Shown here in pieces: positions 23,915-35,654 of a DNA stretch of 64,000 nt. The notes under the pieces were generated by a model, which was not told the DNA's origin, ran no database searches, and worked only from the letters and a program-made list of their open reading frames with translations. How positions within the stretch are numbered: the first letter of the stretch is position 1; the number at the start of each line of letters is the position of its first letter. Origin of the DNA: Hemiscyllium ocellatum (taxonomy: Eukaryota); the NCBI RefSeq assembly GCF_020745735.1, contig NC_083449.1, forward strand, positions 5,678,923-5,742,922, read 5' to 3'. A program made the position numbers and the translations under genes.

Positions 23915-25200
23915 TGGATAACTACACTCACATATTCATGTAGCAGAATCTGAGAGTATGGGTTGATAACTACAGTCACACAAAGATGAATAAATACATT
24001 CAAGCACTGACATTACAGAGCCTGACAGGGAAAGATTGATAACTAAACTCTCACGTTCACAAAGTTGAAACTGATAGCGACAGGTGAAAACTCAGCTCAC
24101 ACATTCACATAGTAGAAACTGGAAGGATTGACAATTACACAAACATATTCACCAAGCAGAAACGGACAGCTAAAGATTGACAACTATATTTATGTATTCA
24201 CACAGCAGAGTCAGAAAGAGACAGATTGACAGTTACACTCACTTTGACAAAGAAGAAATTGACAGGTAGAGAATGATAACTGTACTCCCACATTCACTTC
24301 GCTGAAACTGACAGTGACAGTTTGATTAATACACCCATGCTTACAGAGCAGTGGCTGATGGGTACTGCTCAATAACTGTATTCACATCTTGACAGGGAAG
24401 AAACTGACATGGATAGATTGGTATCTACACTGTCACATTGACATAGTAGAAACAGATTGACAATGACACTCTGGAGTCAAATAGCAAAATGTGAAAGATA
24501 CTGTTTGATAATTGCACTCACATATTGATATAGAATAAACTTACAGGTAGAGATCAATATCTACATTCTCACAAAATAAACTGATGGAAACAAATTGATG
24601 ACTGCATTTAATATTTGTACAGCAGAAACTGACAGGTAGAAATTAATATCAAAACTCGCATTCTCATAGCTGAGACTGACAGGTTTAGGTTGATAATTAC
24701 ACTCTCAGATACACAGCAGAAAGTGTTCGGGACAGATTGGTAAGTAACACACACATTCGCTGGGCAGAAACTGATAGGTATATATTGATAACTAAACTTG
24801 CAAATCCACATCAGAGAAACACATAGGGACTGATTGTATTTATTGAAAATATGACATGTATTTATCAACCAGTCCCTGGCAGTTTCCTCCATGTGGATAC
24901 ACGAGTTCAGTTATCAATCTGCACCTGTCAGTTTATGCTATGTGAATGTATGAGTGTAGTTATCAGTCTGTCCCTATTTGTCTCTGTGTTGAGAAAATGT
25001 AAATATATTTACCAGAGAGTGACAGGGACAGATTCATAACTGTATTCATATTTGCATAGATTATATGGATTGATAATTACAGTTTGATAATTACACTTAG
25101 ATATTCACAGAGCAGCATTTAACACGTACATGTTGATAATTGTCTTCACACATTCACTGAGCAGGAACAGACAACTATGGATAGATAAGGAAACTTTCAT
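23915..25200. repeat. Diverged ~49-bp minisatellite array with an internal inverted block (~24855-24990)
   Basis: Same unit as 22240-22825. The inverted block reads ttatcaatctgcacctgtcagttt. Confidence 0.85.
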
Positions 25201-25429
25201 ATCCAGACACTTCCTAACATCAGATTATCCCATTTGAAGAGGTGTTGTTCGCATCTGTTTCTCAGTAAATTCTCAATAATCACTAAAGAGCAGCTCAGGC
25301 TAAGACGACAATCAGTCCCGTGGTCCTGTTGGAATTGCTGTCTTGAAGGAAAAACAGCCTAATGGTTATTAAATTATTACATTGACTTAATGTTGATTTA
25401 CAGATGATGTCTCTTCTGTCTTCCTCCAG

Positions 25430-25511
25430 ACAATTACGTGAAGGACCAAGCCAGTGTTATATGTTCTCGGTACGAAGCCAAGTGTGATCAGTTTCTTCTA
25501 ACAAACAGCAA
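25430..25511 (+). other. Repeated 82-nt candidate exon, copy C
   Basis: tctcttctgtcttcctccag|ACAATTAC...AACAGCAA|gtatgt. Confidence 0.5.
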
Positions 25512-25776
25512 GTATGTTACTGCTGTCAGACTGAAGAACATCCTCTCCATATTTATAGAGCAGATTGAATTAGACACACGCTGACTCAATTTCCAGAGAG
25601 AAATTTTCAAATCAAGAAAATGTTCGGCACAACATCGTGGGCCGAAGGGCCTGTTCTGTGCTGTATTGTTCTATGTTCTAAGAGTCAACTACCTCGGAGG
25701 AATTACAATTTTTTCTCTCTCTCTCCATTGTTTATGTAAATCACCCCATTTGCCATTAGTTGTTATAATTCACAGC

Positions 25777-26957
25777 CATAGAGATGTATAGCACATAAAC
25801 AGACCATTCGGTCTGACTCATCCATGCCAACCAGATATTGGAAACTAATCATGTCCCATTTGGCTGCACTAGTGCCGTTTATCAGCACTTGGCCTATATC
25901 CCTCTCAACCATTCCTATTCATGTCGCATCTTCAAGCCTTTTAAATGTTGGAATTGTTCCAGCCTCCACCACGTCCTCTGACAGCTCCTTCCATACATAC
26001 ACCACCATAATTTTGTAAACCTCTATAAGGTCACCCCTCAGCCTCTGTCCCTCCAGGGAAAACAGCCCCAGCCTGTTCAGCCTCTCCCTTGTGGCTCAGC
26101 TCCTCCAACCCTGGCAACATCCTTGTAAATCTTTTCTGAACCCTTTCAAGTTTCACAACATCTTTCCGATAGGAAGGAGACCAGAATTGCACGCAATGTT
26201 CCAACAGTGGCCTAACCAATGTCCTGTACAGCTGCAACATGACCTCCCAACTCCTGTACTCAATACTCTGATCAATAAAGGAAAGCAAACCAAATGCCTT
26301 CTTCACTATCCCATGTACCTGCGACTCCACTTTCAAGGAGCTATGAACCTGCACTCCAAGGTCTTTTTCTTCAGCAACACTCCCTAGGACCTTACCATTT
26401 AGTGTATAAGTCCTGCTAAGATTTACTTTCCCAAAATGCAGCACCTCGCATTTATCTGAATTAAACCCCATCTGCCATTTCTCAGCCCATTGGCCCATCT
26501 GGTCCAGATTCTGTTGTAATCTGAGGTAACCCTCTTTGCTGTCCATGACACCTCCAATTTTGGAGTCATCTGCAAACTTACTAATTGTACCTCTTTTGCT
26601 TGCACCCAAATCATTTATGTAAATGACAAAAAGTAGAGGGCCCAGCACCGATCCTTGTGGCACTCCACTGATCACAGGCCTCCAGTCTGAAAAATAACCC
26701 TTCACCACCACCCTCTGTCTTCTACCTTTGAGCCAGTTCTGTACTGAAATGGCTAGTTCTCCCTGTATTCCATGAGATCTAACCTTGCTAATCAATCTCC
26801 CATGGGGAGCCTTGTCGAATGCCTTACTGAAGTCCATATAGATCACATCTACTACTCTGCCCTCATCAATCTTCTTTGGAACTTTTTCAAAAACTCAATC
26901 AAGTTTGTGAGACATGATTTAACACGTACAAAGCCATGATGACTATCCCGAATCAGT
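25777..26957 (-). mobile_element. CR1 LINE RT fragment
   Basis: ORF 26031-26846: [25 protein letters not shown]. Confidence 0.92.
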
Positions 26958-27982
26958 CGATTTCCAAAATCCAATCTCCCTCCCTTTCTTTCTTTCCTTT
27001 CTCTCCTTTTCTCTCTCTCCTCGGGCTCTCTTCTGCATTTAATCATAATTCAAAAGATTTCATTTCTGTTGCCTTTTCCTTGTCTTTTGCCTCGAACTCA
27101 AGTTGCTGCGTTTTCCATTGAATGTTAGCCATCTCTGAAGATTCTGATGGTGTTTCCAACAAATTTAAATGCTGAGCTACTGCTGTAATTATCTCTCCTT
27201 TCTTCATGGAAGAACACAGACTCAATCCCAGCTTGTCTGCTATTTCCAGCAGCTTACCCTTAATCCCCTTTTGTAAAAGCCCCAAAATCACTTCTCCCAC
27301 CCCCACAGAAAATTCTTGATGACTGAAAGAGTCATTGCTCTCCCAAACACTTTTAAACCAACTGAATTCAAAACTCAGAACAAAAGACACTAACACCTAC
27401 CACTTGCTTCCTTCAAGTCCAACAACCCTAATCCCAAATCAGAACTACAGAACAAATCCTGCAAAGAGCCTCCTAACTGGTATGGACCAGGCCAGACCCC
27501 CTCAAAACATTTCAAGTAGCCCGGACCCTAACTTTGCTGGTTGTTTTAAGCAGGTGTAATGTGGATGTTCCAGGAGTGATGTAGCTGGTCAAACCACATA
27601 GTTTTAAGCAAAACAGAACTGATTTACAAGATTATCAATTGAAACACAAACAAATGCTCCTATGCCTAAAAGAGAACAGAATACTAATTAACTTAACCTA
27701 TCCAAAAACCCTACAGATTATACCGACTTAATGATGCTGTTCCCAATACTTGCAATAATCCCCACAAACATCCTTTGGCACAAAAAGATAAAATCAAACA
27801 CAGGGTCTGGGGGGGATCCAAGATGGCGGCGACCCAGCAAGACTGAGTCCACAGTGCTCCACCCAAAACTTGGGCAAAGTGGGCTATTCACCCCCACCAC
27901 ACTCACTAAACCATTTATAATAGTTGTTAACCTTAAATAGTTACCTATTAGTACATTTAAATAGTCTAATACTAGCTGGAAA

Positions 27983-28846
27983 ATGAGTAAAGGGAAGGGA
28001 ACAGGTGGCTCTAAGAAAGCAGGGACCCCTCCCCCACCCTCTCCCTCTTCAGCTGCAACAAAGGTGTCTTCAGCTACTTCAGGAGATTTACCAATGAAGA
28101 TGAGCTTTGAGGAGATGTTTGCCAGGTAGGAGGCGAAGATTGATGCTTTTATCGATGAGTCTCGGCAGAGCAGAGAAGCACTATCAGCCGAGCTGCAGAA
28201 GCAGGGCAGAGACATTCAGGAATTGGAGTGCCGAGTCAGAGAGGTGGAGTCGAAGGCCGCAGCCTCAGAGACTGCGATAAAATCGGCAGCCGACCACATC
28301 CGTTTTCTCGAGAATCGAGTCCAGAACCTAGAAAACCACATTGATGACCTCGAAAATCGATGTCGTAGAAAAAATATTCGGTTGTTGGGCCTGCCCGAGC
28401 AGGAAGAGGGAGGTCAGCTGACAGCATTCTTAGAGCATTGGCTGCCACAACTTTTAAATCTGCATAATGGATCAGGCCAGGTAAGGGTAGAATGGGCCTA
28501 CCGGGTCACAGTACGTGGGCCCGGCTCAACCCAGCGCCCACGCCCGGTCCTGTTCCAGCTGCAGAGCTATAGGGAGAGGCAGATGCTCCTGGAAGCCTCA
28601 AGAAATCTGGGAAAAGATCCCCAAGCTGTGACCCACAAAGGATCCAGGATCATGCTGTTCCAGGACTTCTCCCCAGCTTTGGTCTGAAAGAGGAAGGCAT
28701 TCGATGAGGCGAAGAAGCGTTTAAGGGACTTAAATATCCAGTACTCCTTACGATATCCAGCGACACTACGCCTTAGCCACGAAGGATCCATATATAACTT
28801 CGGATCACCGGAGAAGGCTAAGGAATTCTTGGACTCTCTTAAATAA
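27983..28846 (+). pseudogene. L1 ORF1 (287 codons) with two premature stops
   Basis: MSKGKG... coiled coil, DLENRCRRKNIRLLGLPE, FQDFS, YSLRYPATLR. In-frame TAG at 28127-28129 and TGA at 28685-28687. Confidence 0.88.
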
Positions 28847-29474
28847 ACTATAAGAGATTGTGGACGTTGGTCTGCCTTTCCCATTATTTTGGTTTACATC
28901 CCTTCATCTTTTCTTATCTTTCCCCCTATGTGTGTATGTATATATATATATGTTGGGGCGTTTGGTTAATGTTGATGGGGAGAGGTGGTTACCTTTTTCT
29001 ATTTTACTTCTGTTTTTAGGAGCGGGGTTGTTTTTCTTTCCCCTGTTATTTTGTGGTATTATATTTAAGTATTACATGTTGAGATTGTAATCTTATAGTT
29101 ATATATGGTATTAATATTCCCAAATATATTTAGATGTGGGTGTGGGTGTGGGTGGGGGTGGGATGTTCACTGTTAACTCTAGCTTTATATTATATTTGAA
29201 TTCTCCTCATTTTATTGAGGAACACCTGGGTCAAGGGTGGGGCACTGGTTGGAAGAGGGTAAGATGGACTGTGGGAGAGGAAGTGACGCTCCCTGGGAAC
29301 AAGGGAGAAAATCTCCAATTCGGAATGTTTTATATCTTTTATACTTAGAAAGAGTTTTTTGTTATATTGTTTTGAGTGTATCAGAGAGTCTTTACTTTTG
29401 TAAATCTTGTATGCTCCATGCTCGGGATGTTCTAGATAGGGTTTCCCCTCCCGAGGGGTCTCGGATCTGTCCAG

Positions 29475-32400
29475 ATGATTATGGCTGAACAGTTGGTTAA
29501 GTGGTGCACCTGGAATGTCAGGGGGAGTAATTCGCCAGTTAAAAGGACGAAAATATTATCAAATCTTAAGAAGGAGAGAGTTGATATAGCTCTCCTACAG
29601 GAGACACACCTGTCAGATAAAGAACACTTAAAATTACGACAGGGCGGATTTGATCAGGCCTTTTTTTCCTCTTTTAATTCAAAAAGCAGGGGAGTCGTTA
29701 TCCTTGTCCGGAAGAACTTCCCTTTGAAAATTCTAAATCAGATAAAAGACGAATCTGGACGATATATTTTGATTAAAGCCCTCATAAATGGAGAGGAATA
29801 TGGGATCTTAAATGTGTACTGCCCCCCGGCACACCCCTTTAAATTCATAACGGAAGCTTTTTCAAAACTGATGGCCTTTGGTGCCCGTCATACAATTATA
29901 GGGGGAGACTTTAATTGTATTATGGATCCGGAAATAGACAGGATTCCCAAGAGTGCCGCTGGAGTATCTCCCAGATCTAGACAACTGGTGGACCTGAATA
30001 AAGAATTAGGATTGGTAGATGTATGGAGATGTCTCCATCCACAGGGTAGAGATTTTTCTTTCTACTCTAATCCACATAAATGTCACACAAGAATTGATAT
30101 GTTTTTTGCCCCATCGATTTTTCTAAATTCTATAGCAACCTGTAAAATAGGTACTATAGCAATCTCTGACCATGCCGCTGTATACATGGAAACTAAGGTA
30201 AAGAACAATGGGACATCCGCTCAGCATTGGCGTATGGACCCCTTCCTGATAAAAGATAGCAAATTTTTAAAGTACTTCTCCCAAGAGCTTAAAACTTTTT
30301 TAGAAATTAATACTGGTACGGCTAGCAATCCGTCAATGATGTGGGAGACCATCAAAGCTTATGCACGAGGTTTGATCATCTCCTATTCAGCGACCCAGAG
30401 GAAAATGAAGGGAGAGCAACAGCGTCTGCTCGAAGCTCGCCTAAAAGCAGCTGAAACAGCATACGCTGATAGACCTTCTATCACAAAATTGCAGAGGATT
30501 ACAGCTCTTAGGACAGCTTTAAACACCACGCTTACTCAAACGGCTAAAAGGGAAATATTATTTGCGAAACAAAGATTATATGAATATGGCGACAAACCGG
30601 GTAGATACTTAGCATTTCTTGCAAAGAAAAAGAAAGCCCCTCAAACTATTCCGACCATCAAGGAAAGTACAGGTACCCTGACTCATGATCATAAAAAGAT
30701 CAATGCAACCTTTAAAGAATTTTATTCTGAACTATATAGATCGCAGGATTGTGAAGATAGGATTAGGAGGATGCAGTCATTTTTAAAAAATTTGACCTTC
30801 CCGGGCCTGACTCCGGAACAGGTGTCGGCCCTAAATACCCCTTTAACAGTCCAAGAAATACTTGAGGCAATTAGGCAACTTCAGAGCGGAAAAGCACCGG
30901 GCCCGGATGGTTTTCAAGCTGAATTCTATAAAGAATTTACAGGAATATTGGTTGACCCACTTACGGATATGTATAATTTTGCGCATAGTCAGGTCTGTCT
31001 CCCGCCCACGCTGAAAGAAGCAAATATTTCTCTTATCCTCAAAAAAGGAAAAGACCCAGAAGGTTGTGCATCTTACAGACCAATATCCTTACTAAATGTA
31101 GACTTTAAAATTCTCTCAAAAATGTTAGCACTAAGACTAGAAAGGGTACTGCCATATATTATAAAGGAGGACCAGATGGGATTTATTAAGGGCCGCAGAT
31201 CATCCAATAATATCAGAAGGGTCTTGAATATGATCCAAGCCTGTCATCAGGGAAAGATACCAGGAGTAGTAATTTCATTGGATGCGGAAAAGGCATTTGA
31301 TAGGGTTGAATGGTCATATTTATTTTACACATTGGAAAGGTTTGGCGTTGGACAGGTGTTTACCAAATGGGTCTCAACATTGTATAATGACCCCAAAGCA
31401 GCTGTTATTACTAATGGGTTAAGATCGGATGGCTTCAGTGTGGGTAGGGGCTGCCGTCAAGGATGTCCTCTCTCACCATTGTTGTTTACACTGATAATCG
31501 AACCATTAGCAGAAACCATCCGGACTGATCCTAATATAACGGCCCCGAGGATTGGTACAGGTAAACACAAAATTACCCTCTATGCAGATGATGTTCTCTT
31601 ATTCCTCAGTAATCCTTTAATGTCAGTGCCTCGTCTAATTCAAGTTATGAATACATTTAGTGCATTCTCAGGCTATAAAATTAATTTTTCAAAATCGGAA
31701 GCCATGCCAATGGGTGGTCTGGCTATGATACCCCACTTAATGGACGGATCCACTTTTCCCTTCCGTTGGTCCCTGGAGGGCTTCTTATATTTAGGTATTT
31801 TTATCACGCCAGTATTTGATCAGCTGTATAGGGCTAATTTTGTACAATTAATAGAAAGGATAAGGCAGGACCTCCAGCGATGGAGAGACCTTCCGACTTC
31901 CTGGCTAGGGAGAATAGCATTAATTAAAATGAATGTTCTGCCCCGTCTCTTATATCCTATGAGAATGCTCCCACTGATGCTGCCAAGGCTAGCCCTACGT
32001 AAATTATATGGCTGGTTGGGCTCCTTTATTTGGAACCATAGATGGCCCCTTATTAAGCTGAAGAAGCTACAGCTTCCACAGGCAAGGGGAGGACTGGACT
32101 TCCCAGACTTTAGGAAATATCAGTTAAGCTCCCTACTAAGTTACATAGCTGATTGGGTTTCATCTGATCCACAATCAATTTGGCTGGATATCGAAGCCTC
32201 CCAAGTAAAATACCCACTTATTAACCTTTTATTTTCAGATAAGAGGAAAATCATTACAGACCACTGTAAAAATCCCATAATATTAAACACAATTAAGGCC
32301 TGGAATATAATGCGGCAAAATGAGGGTAACTCACATAAAACATCCCCCCATGCACCAATAGTAGGCGCATGGGGATTCCAACCGGGGATTACAGATGCCA

Positions 32401-33287
32401 CCTTTAAACTCTGGAGATCCAGGGGCATCTCATGCTTAGGGGACCTATTTAAAGATGGCATCCTGATGTCCTTTGAGCAGCTGCGTCTGAAATTCGGAAT
32501 ACCTAATGGGGATCTCTTTCGATACTTCCAAGTTCGAGATTATATACAGAGGAAGACTACATTAATAGATAGTCTTTATAAATCAGACAGAGAACGTAAT
32601 GTCTTACGACCAGCGGGGGCATCCTCCGTTAGTACTATATACCATTTGCTACATGATGGAGTCTCAGGAGACATGGATGACCTGCTTAAAACATGGGAGC
32701 AGGACTTGGGGCTAGAAATCTCTGAGGATATGTGGAATGACATTTGGGAAAATGCTAGAAGAATTGCTATCTGTAACAGAACTCAGGCTATCCAACTAAA
32801 GATACTTCATAGGGCCCATATAGCTCCGGCTCGATTGGCAAAATTTAAGGCAGGAGCATCTCCAATGTGTCCCAAATGCAAAATAGAGGTGGGTACTCTT
32901 GCACATTGTCTGTGGACTTGTCAGAAAATCCACAGATACTGGACTAAAGTGGCAAATACCCTGACAGAAATTTTAGGAACGGAAATTAGGGTGGACCCTG
33001 TATCTCTCCTTTTGGGCTTTTCGAACCTCTCATCTCTGGATATGCATGGGAAGAGACTATTTTCTGTTCTCTCTTTCTGTGCAAGGAAAAATATTTTGGT
33101 GAACTGGGTGGCTGAGGGCCCCCCTGGACTTTCAAATTGGCACAGATTAATTATGGAATATATCCCCCTTGACTTCCTCACAAATATGGTGCACCGAAAG
33201 ACTGAATTATTTTATAAAATATGGCAGCCCTTTTTGAATTATATAAATGCAGATATTTCGGCTATCCTAACAAGGGCTTTTATTTAG
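29475..33287 (+). CDS. L1 ORF2p: APE endonuclease, reverse transcriptase and Cys-rich C-terminus (1270 aa, uninterrupted)
   Basis: TWNVRG, LQETH, GGDFN, SDH; KAPGPDG, DAEKAFD, RQGCPLSP, YADD; CPKC...HCLWTC. Confidence 0.95.
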   Translation: MIMAEQLVKWCTWNVRGSNSPVKRTKILSNLKKERVDIALLQETHLSDKEHLKLRQGGFDQAFFSSFNSKSRGVVILVRKNFPLKILNQIKDESGRYILIKALINGEEYGILNVYCPPAHPFKFITEAFSKLMAFGARHTIIGGDFNCIMDPEIDRIPKSAAGVSPRSRQLVDLNKELGLVDVWRCLHPQGRDFSFYSNPHKCHTRIDMFFAPSIFLNSIATCKIGTIAISDHAAVYMETKVKNNGTSAQHWRMDPFLIKDSKFLKYFSQELKTFLEINTGTASNPSMMWETIKAYARGLIISYSATQRKMKGEQQRLLEARLKAAETAYADRPSITKLQRITALRTALNTTLTQTAKREILFAKQRLYEYGDKPGRYLAFLAKKKKAPQTIPTIKESTGTLTHDHKKINATFKEFYSELYRSQDCEDRIRRMQSFLKNLTFPGLTPEQVSALNTPLTVQEILEAIRQLQSGKAPGPDGFQAEFYKEFTGILVDPLTDMYNFAHSQVCLPPTLKEANISLILKKGKDPEGCASYRPISLLNVDFKILSKMLALRLERVLPYIIKEDQMGFIKGRRSSNNIRRVLNMIQACHQGKIPGVVISLDAEKAFDRVEWSYLFYTLERFGVGQVFTKWVSTLYNDPKAAVITNGLRSDGFSVGRGCRQGCPLSPLLFTLIIEPLAETIRTDPNITAPRIGTGKHKITLYADDVLLFLSNPLMSVPRLIQVMNTFSAFSGYKINFSKSEAMPMGGLAMIPHLMDGSTFPFRWSLEGFLYLGIFITPVFDQLYRANFVQLIERIRQDLQRWRDLPTSWLGRIALIKMNVLPRLLYPMRMLPLMLPRLALRKLYGWLGSFIWNHRWPLIKLKKLQLPQARGGLDFPDFRKYQLSSLLSYIADWVSSDPQSIWLDIEASQVKYPLINLLFSDKRKIITDHCKNPIILNTIKAWNIMRQNEGNSHKTSPHAPIVGAWGFQPGITDATFKLWRSRGISCLGDLFKDGILMSFEQLRLKFGIPNGDLFRYFQVRDYIQRKTTLIDSLYKSDRERNVLRPAGASSVSTIYHLLHDGVSGDMDDLLKTWEQDLGLEISEDMWNDIWENARRIAICNRTQAIQLKILHRAHIAPARLAKFKAGASPMCPKCKIEVGTLAHCLWTCQKIHRYWTKVANTLTEILGTEIRVDPVSLLLGFSNLSSLDMHGKRLFSVLSFCARKNILVNWVAEGPPGLSNWHRLIMEYIPLDFLTNMVHRKTELFYKIWQPFLNYINADISAILTRAFI

Positions 33288-33945
33288 TGAAGATTTCAGA
33301 CCGGGCTGCTCCGGGGCCCCTTGGGAGAGGAATCCTGCGCGAATACGGGTTTTATTATATTTGATGTTTATACATTCCGAGCATGTAAGAGACTTAGGTA
33401 TACACTCTGGTTAGTTATAGGTTAGATTAGTAGAAAGTTGAGTTTTTTTTTCTTTCTTTTTTCGTTTTTTTTCTCTTTTTGTTTTCTTTCTTTCTCTTTT
33501 CTTTGTTAAATTATGACTATTGTATATATGATTTAATTGTACATCAATGTTTGTATTTGAGAGTTTTGTTTATTTTGTAAATTTGCAAAAATGTTAAATT
33601 TCAATAAAAATATCTACAAAAAAAAACACAGGGTCTGACAGGAGAGATGTCAGAGAGAGAGAGAGAGAGTACCAGCATGGACCTGCTTCTTTGGGTTCAG
33701 CAGCTGTTCCAACTGCCTGACTGCTTTCAGTCAATAGCCAGACAGCCAAAAACCAAATCAAACCTGTGCTGGGAAAACTGGGCTACTCCCCTTTCATTGT
33801 TCAAGCGTTCTTTTTAAAAATGTGGAAGCCTTTTCCGTGAGGCATTACTTGTTAGCAATAATTAAAATGTCCCTAAAACCCATCAAGTCAGACTTTTCGG
33901 AGCCTGTATCTTTTACAGGCTTGTTAAAGGAGCAGCAGCATCACA

Positions 33946-35165
33946 CAGACTGGTTCAAAAAGTAAAAGCTGTGGGATACAGGGTAATGTGTTGAATTGGA
34001 TGCAAAGTTGGCTTAGTAACAGGAAACAAATGGTAATGGTTGATGGCTGCTCTTGTGAATGGAAAGCTGTTACAAGTGGTGCTCTGCATGGCTCAGTGTT
34101 GGGACCTCTGCTGTTTGTTTTATACATTAAGGATTTGGACTTGAATGTGGTGGGCAGATTTGTGGAATTTGCAGATGACACAAAAATTGGCCATTTGTTG
34201 GATACTATAGAGGATAGCTGTCATCTCCAAATGTATTATAGATGGTTTGGTGGAGTGGGCAGGAAAGTGGCAGATGGGGTTCAGCCTTGATAAGTGTGAG
34301 GGAATGCATTTTGGGAAGTCAGACAGGAAATGGGAATAGACAAGAAATGGGAATATACTGAGGGGGCAGGGTAAGTGAGAGATCTTGGTGTGCAAGTGCA
34401 TGGGTCCCTAAAGGTAAATGGGATTGTAACTAAAGCACGTGGAATGCTCTCCTTCATGGACAGAGGGATGGAATTCAAAAGTAGGGATATAACAATGAAA
34501 CGGTATAAGGCACTGGTGAGGCTACAACTGGAGTATTGTGTGCAGTCGGGTCACCACATCACAGGAAGGACGTCATGGCTCTGGAGAGAATGCAGAGGAG
34601 ATTTACTGGAATGTTGCCAGGGCTGGTGAATTGTAGCTATTGGGAGAGATTGGGGAGGTTGGGGTTTTATTCTTTGGAACAGGGGTGCCATGATTAAGGA
34701 ATATTAAATAGTGGATATTAAATAGTGAGATACTAATGAAGGAGCAGAACTCTGAAAGCTCATGCTTCCAAATAAACCTGTTAAACTATAACCTGGTGTT
34801 ATGTGATTTTTCACAAAATAGTGAGAGGGAGAGATTAGAGTACACAAGAGGAACCTGTTTCCTTTGGCAGAGAGTTCAAACACCAGGGATCATTGATTCA
34901 AACAAAGTGGTGTAGGATTACATGATATGTGAGGAAAATGTGTTTTATGCATAGAGTGGTGGGTATCTGGAATTCACTGCATGATTTGGTGGTACAGGCA
35001 GGGACCATAAACTCTTTTAAACAAAAATCCCTGGAACTGCACTTCAAGTTCTGTTAACTGCAAGGCTACGGCGAGAAGATGGGATGAGAAACGGCCTCTG
35101 GGGGTTTTTGGGTTGGCATGGACAAGATGGGCTGAATAGCCCCCTCTGTGCTGTATTATTTTTAT
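33946..35165 (+). mobile_element. Old CR1 fragment with a Penelope tail insert (~34735-34815)
   Basis: NWMQSWLSNRKQ...FADDTKIG, RDLGVQVHGSLK. Confidence 0.8.
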
Positions 35166-35573
35166 GATTCAATTGTTATCAATTGGACCCTGCCAGACTT
35201 TGCAGGATGAATATGTAAACATATTGACCATATAATGAATGTTACAGTTTGATAACTACACTCTCACATTCACCAAGCAGGAACTGACAGGTATAGATCA
35301 ATAACTAAACTCATATACCCACATATCCATTTGCATTATGGAGCTGTACGGGTATTGTTTCATTTCTGGATCACATTCATTTGGGCTTTGAATTTTAAGA
35401 AAAAATGGACAATGAACAGCTCAGGGCAGGAGTGGAATCAGACCCATGGTTCAGTTTAAATTGCTGGCTTTAAATAAAAAAAACCTTAATGATGAGGAAC
35501 TGAATGTTAGATTGATGTTGCCAATCACAGCTGATGTTGATTTACAGGGGGTATCCCTTCTGTCTTCCTCCAG

Positions 35574-35654
35574 GCAGTACTCAAAGGACCAAGACAATGT
35601 AATATTCCCTCGGTACAGAGCCAAATGTGACCAGCTGCTTCCAACAAACAGCAG
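35574..35654 (+). other. Repeated candidate exon, copy D (81 nt)
   Basis: tcccttctgtcttcctccag|GCAGTACTC...AACAGCAG|gtatgt. Confidence 0.5.

Larger units (their letters stand above)
27810..33626 (+). mobile_element. Full-length L1-clade LINE (~5.8 kb)
   Basis: 5' GGGGGGATCCAAGATGGCGG, ORF1, ORF2, AATAAA (33603) and a short poly(A). TSD AAACACAGGGTCTG at 27796-27809 and 33624-33637. Empty site in the paralog at ~58025-58045. Confidence 0.95.
26960..33945 (-). mobile_element. Gypsy LTR and gag 5' remnant, LTR split by the L1 insertion
   Basis: gag peptide KLLEIADKLGL...IITAVAQHLNL (ORF 27043-27396). Degenerate tRNA-Pro-like PBS near 27455-27476. LTR pieces at ~27477-27809 and 33638-33945. Confidence 0.72.

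Noticed and set aside
22240-25200. CRISPR-like array (conserved motif with variable intervals)
   Set aside because: The intervals are homologous to each other, so these are diverged tandem units and not unique spacers. The context is vertebrate and there are no cas genes.
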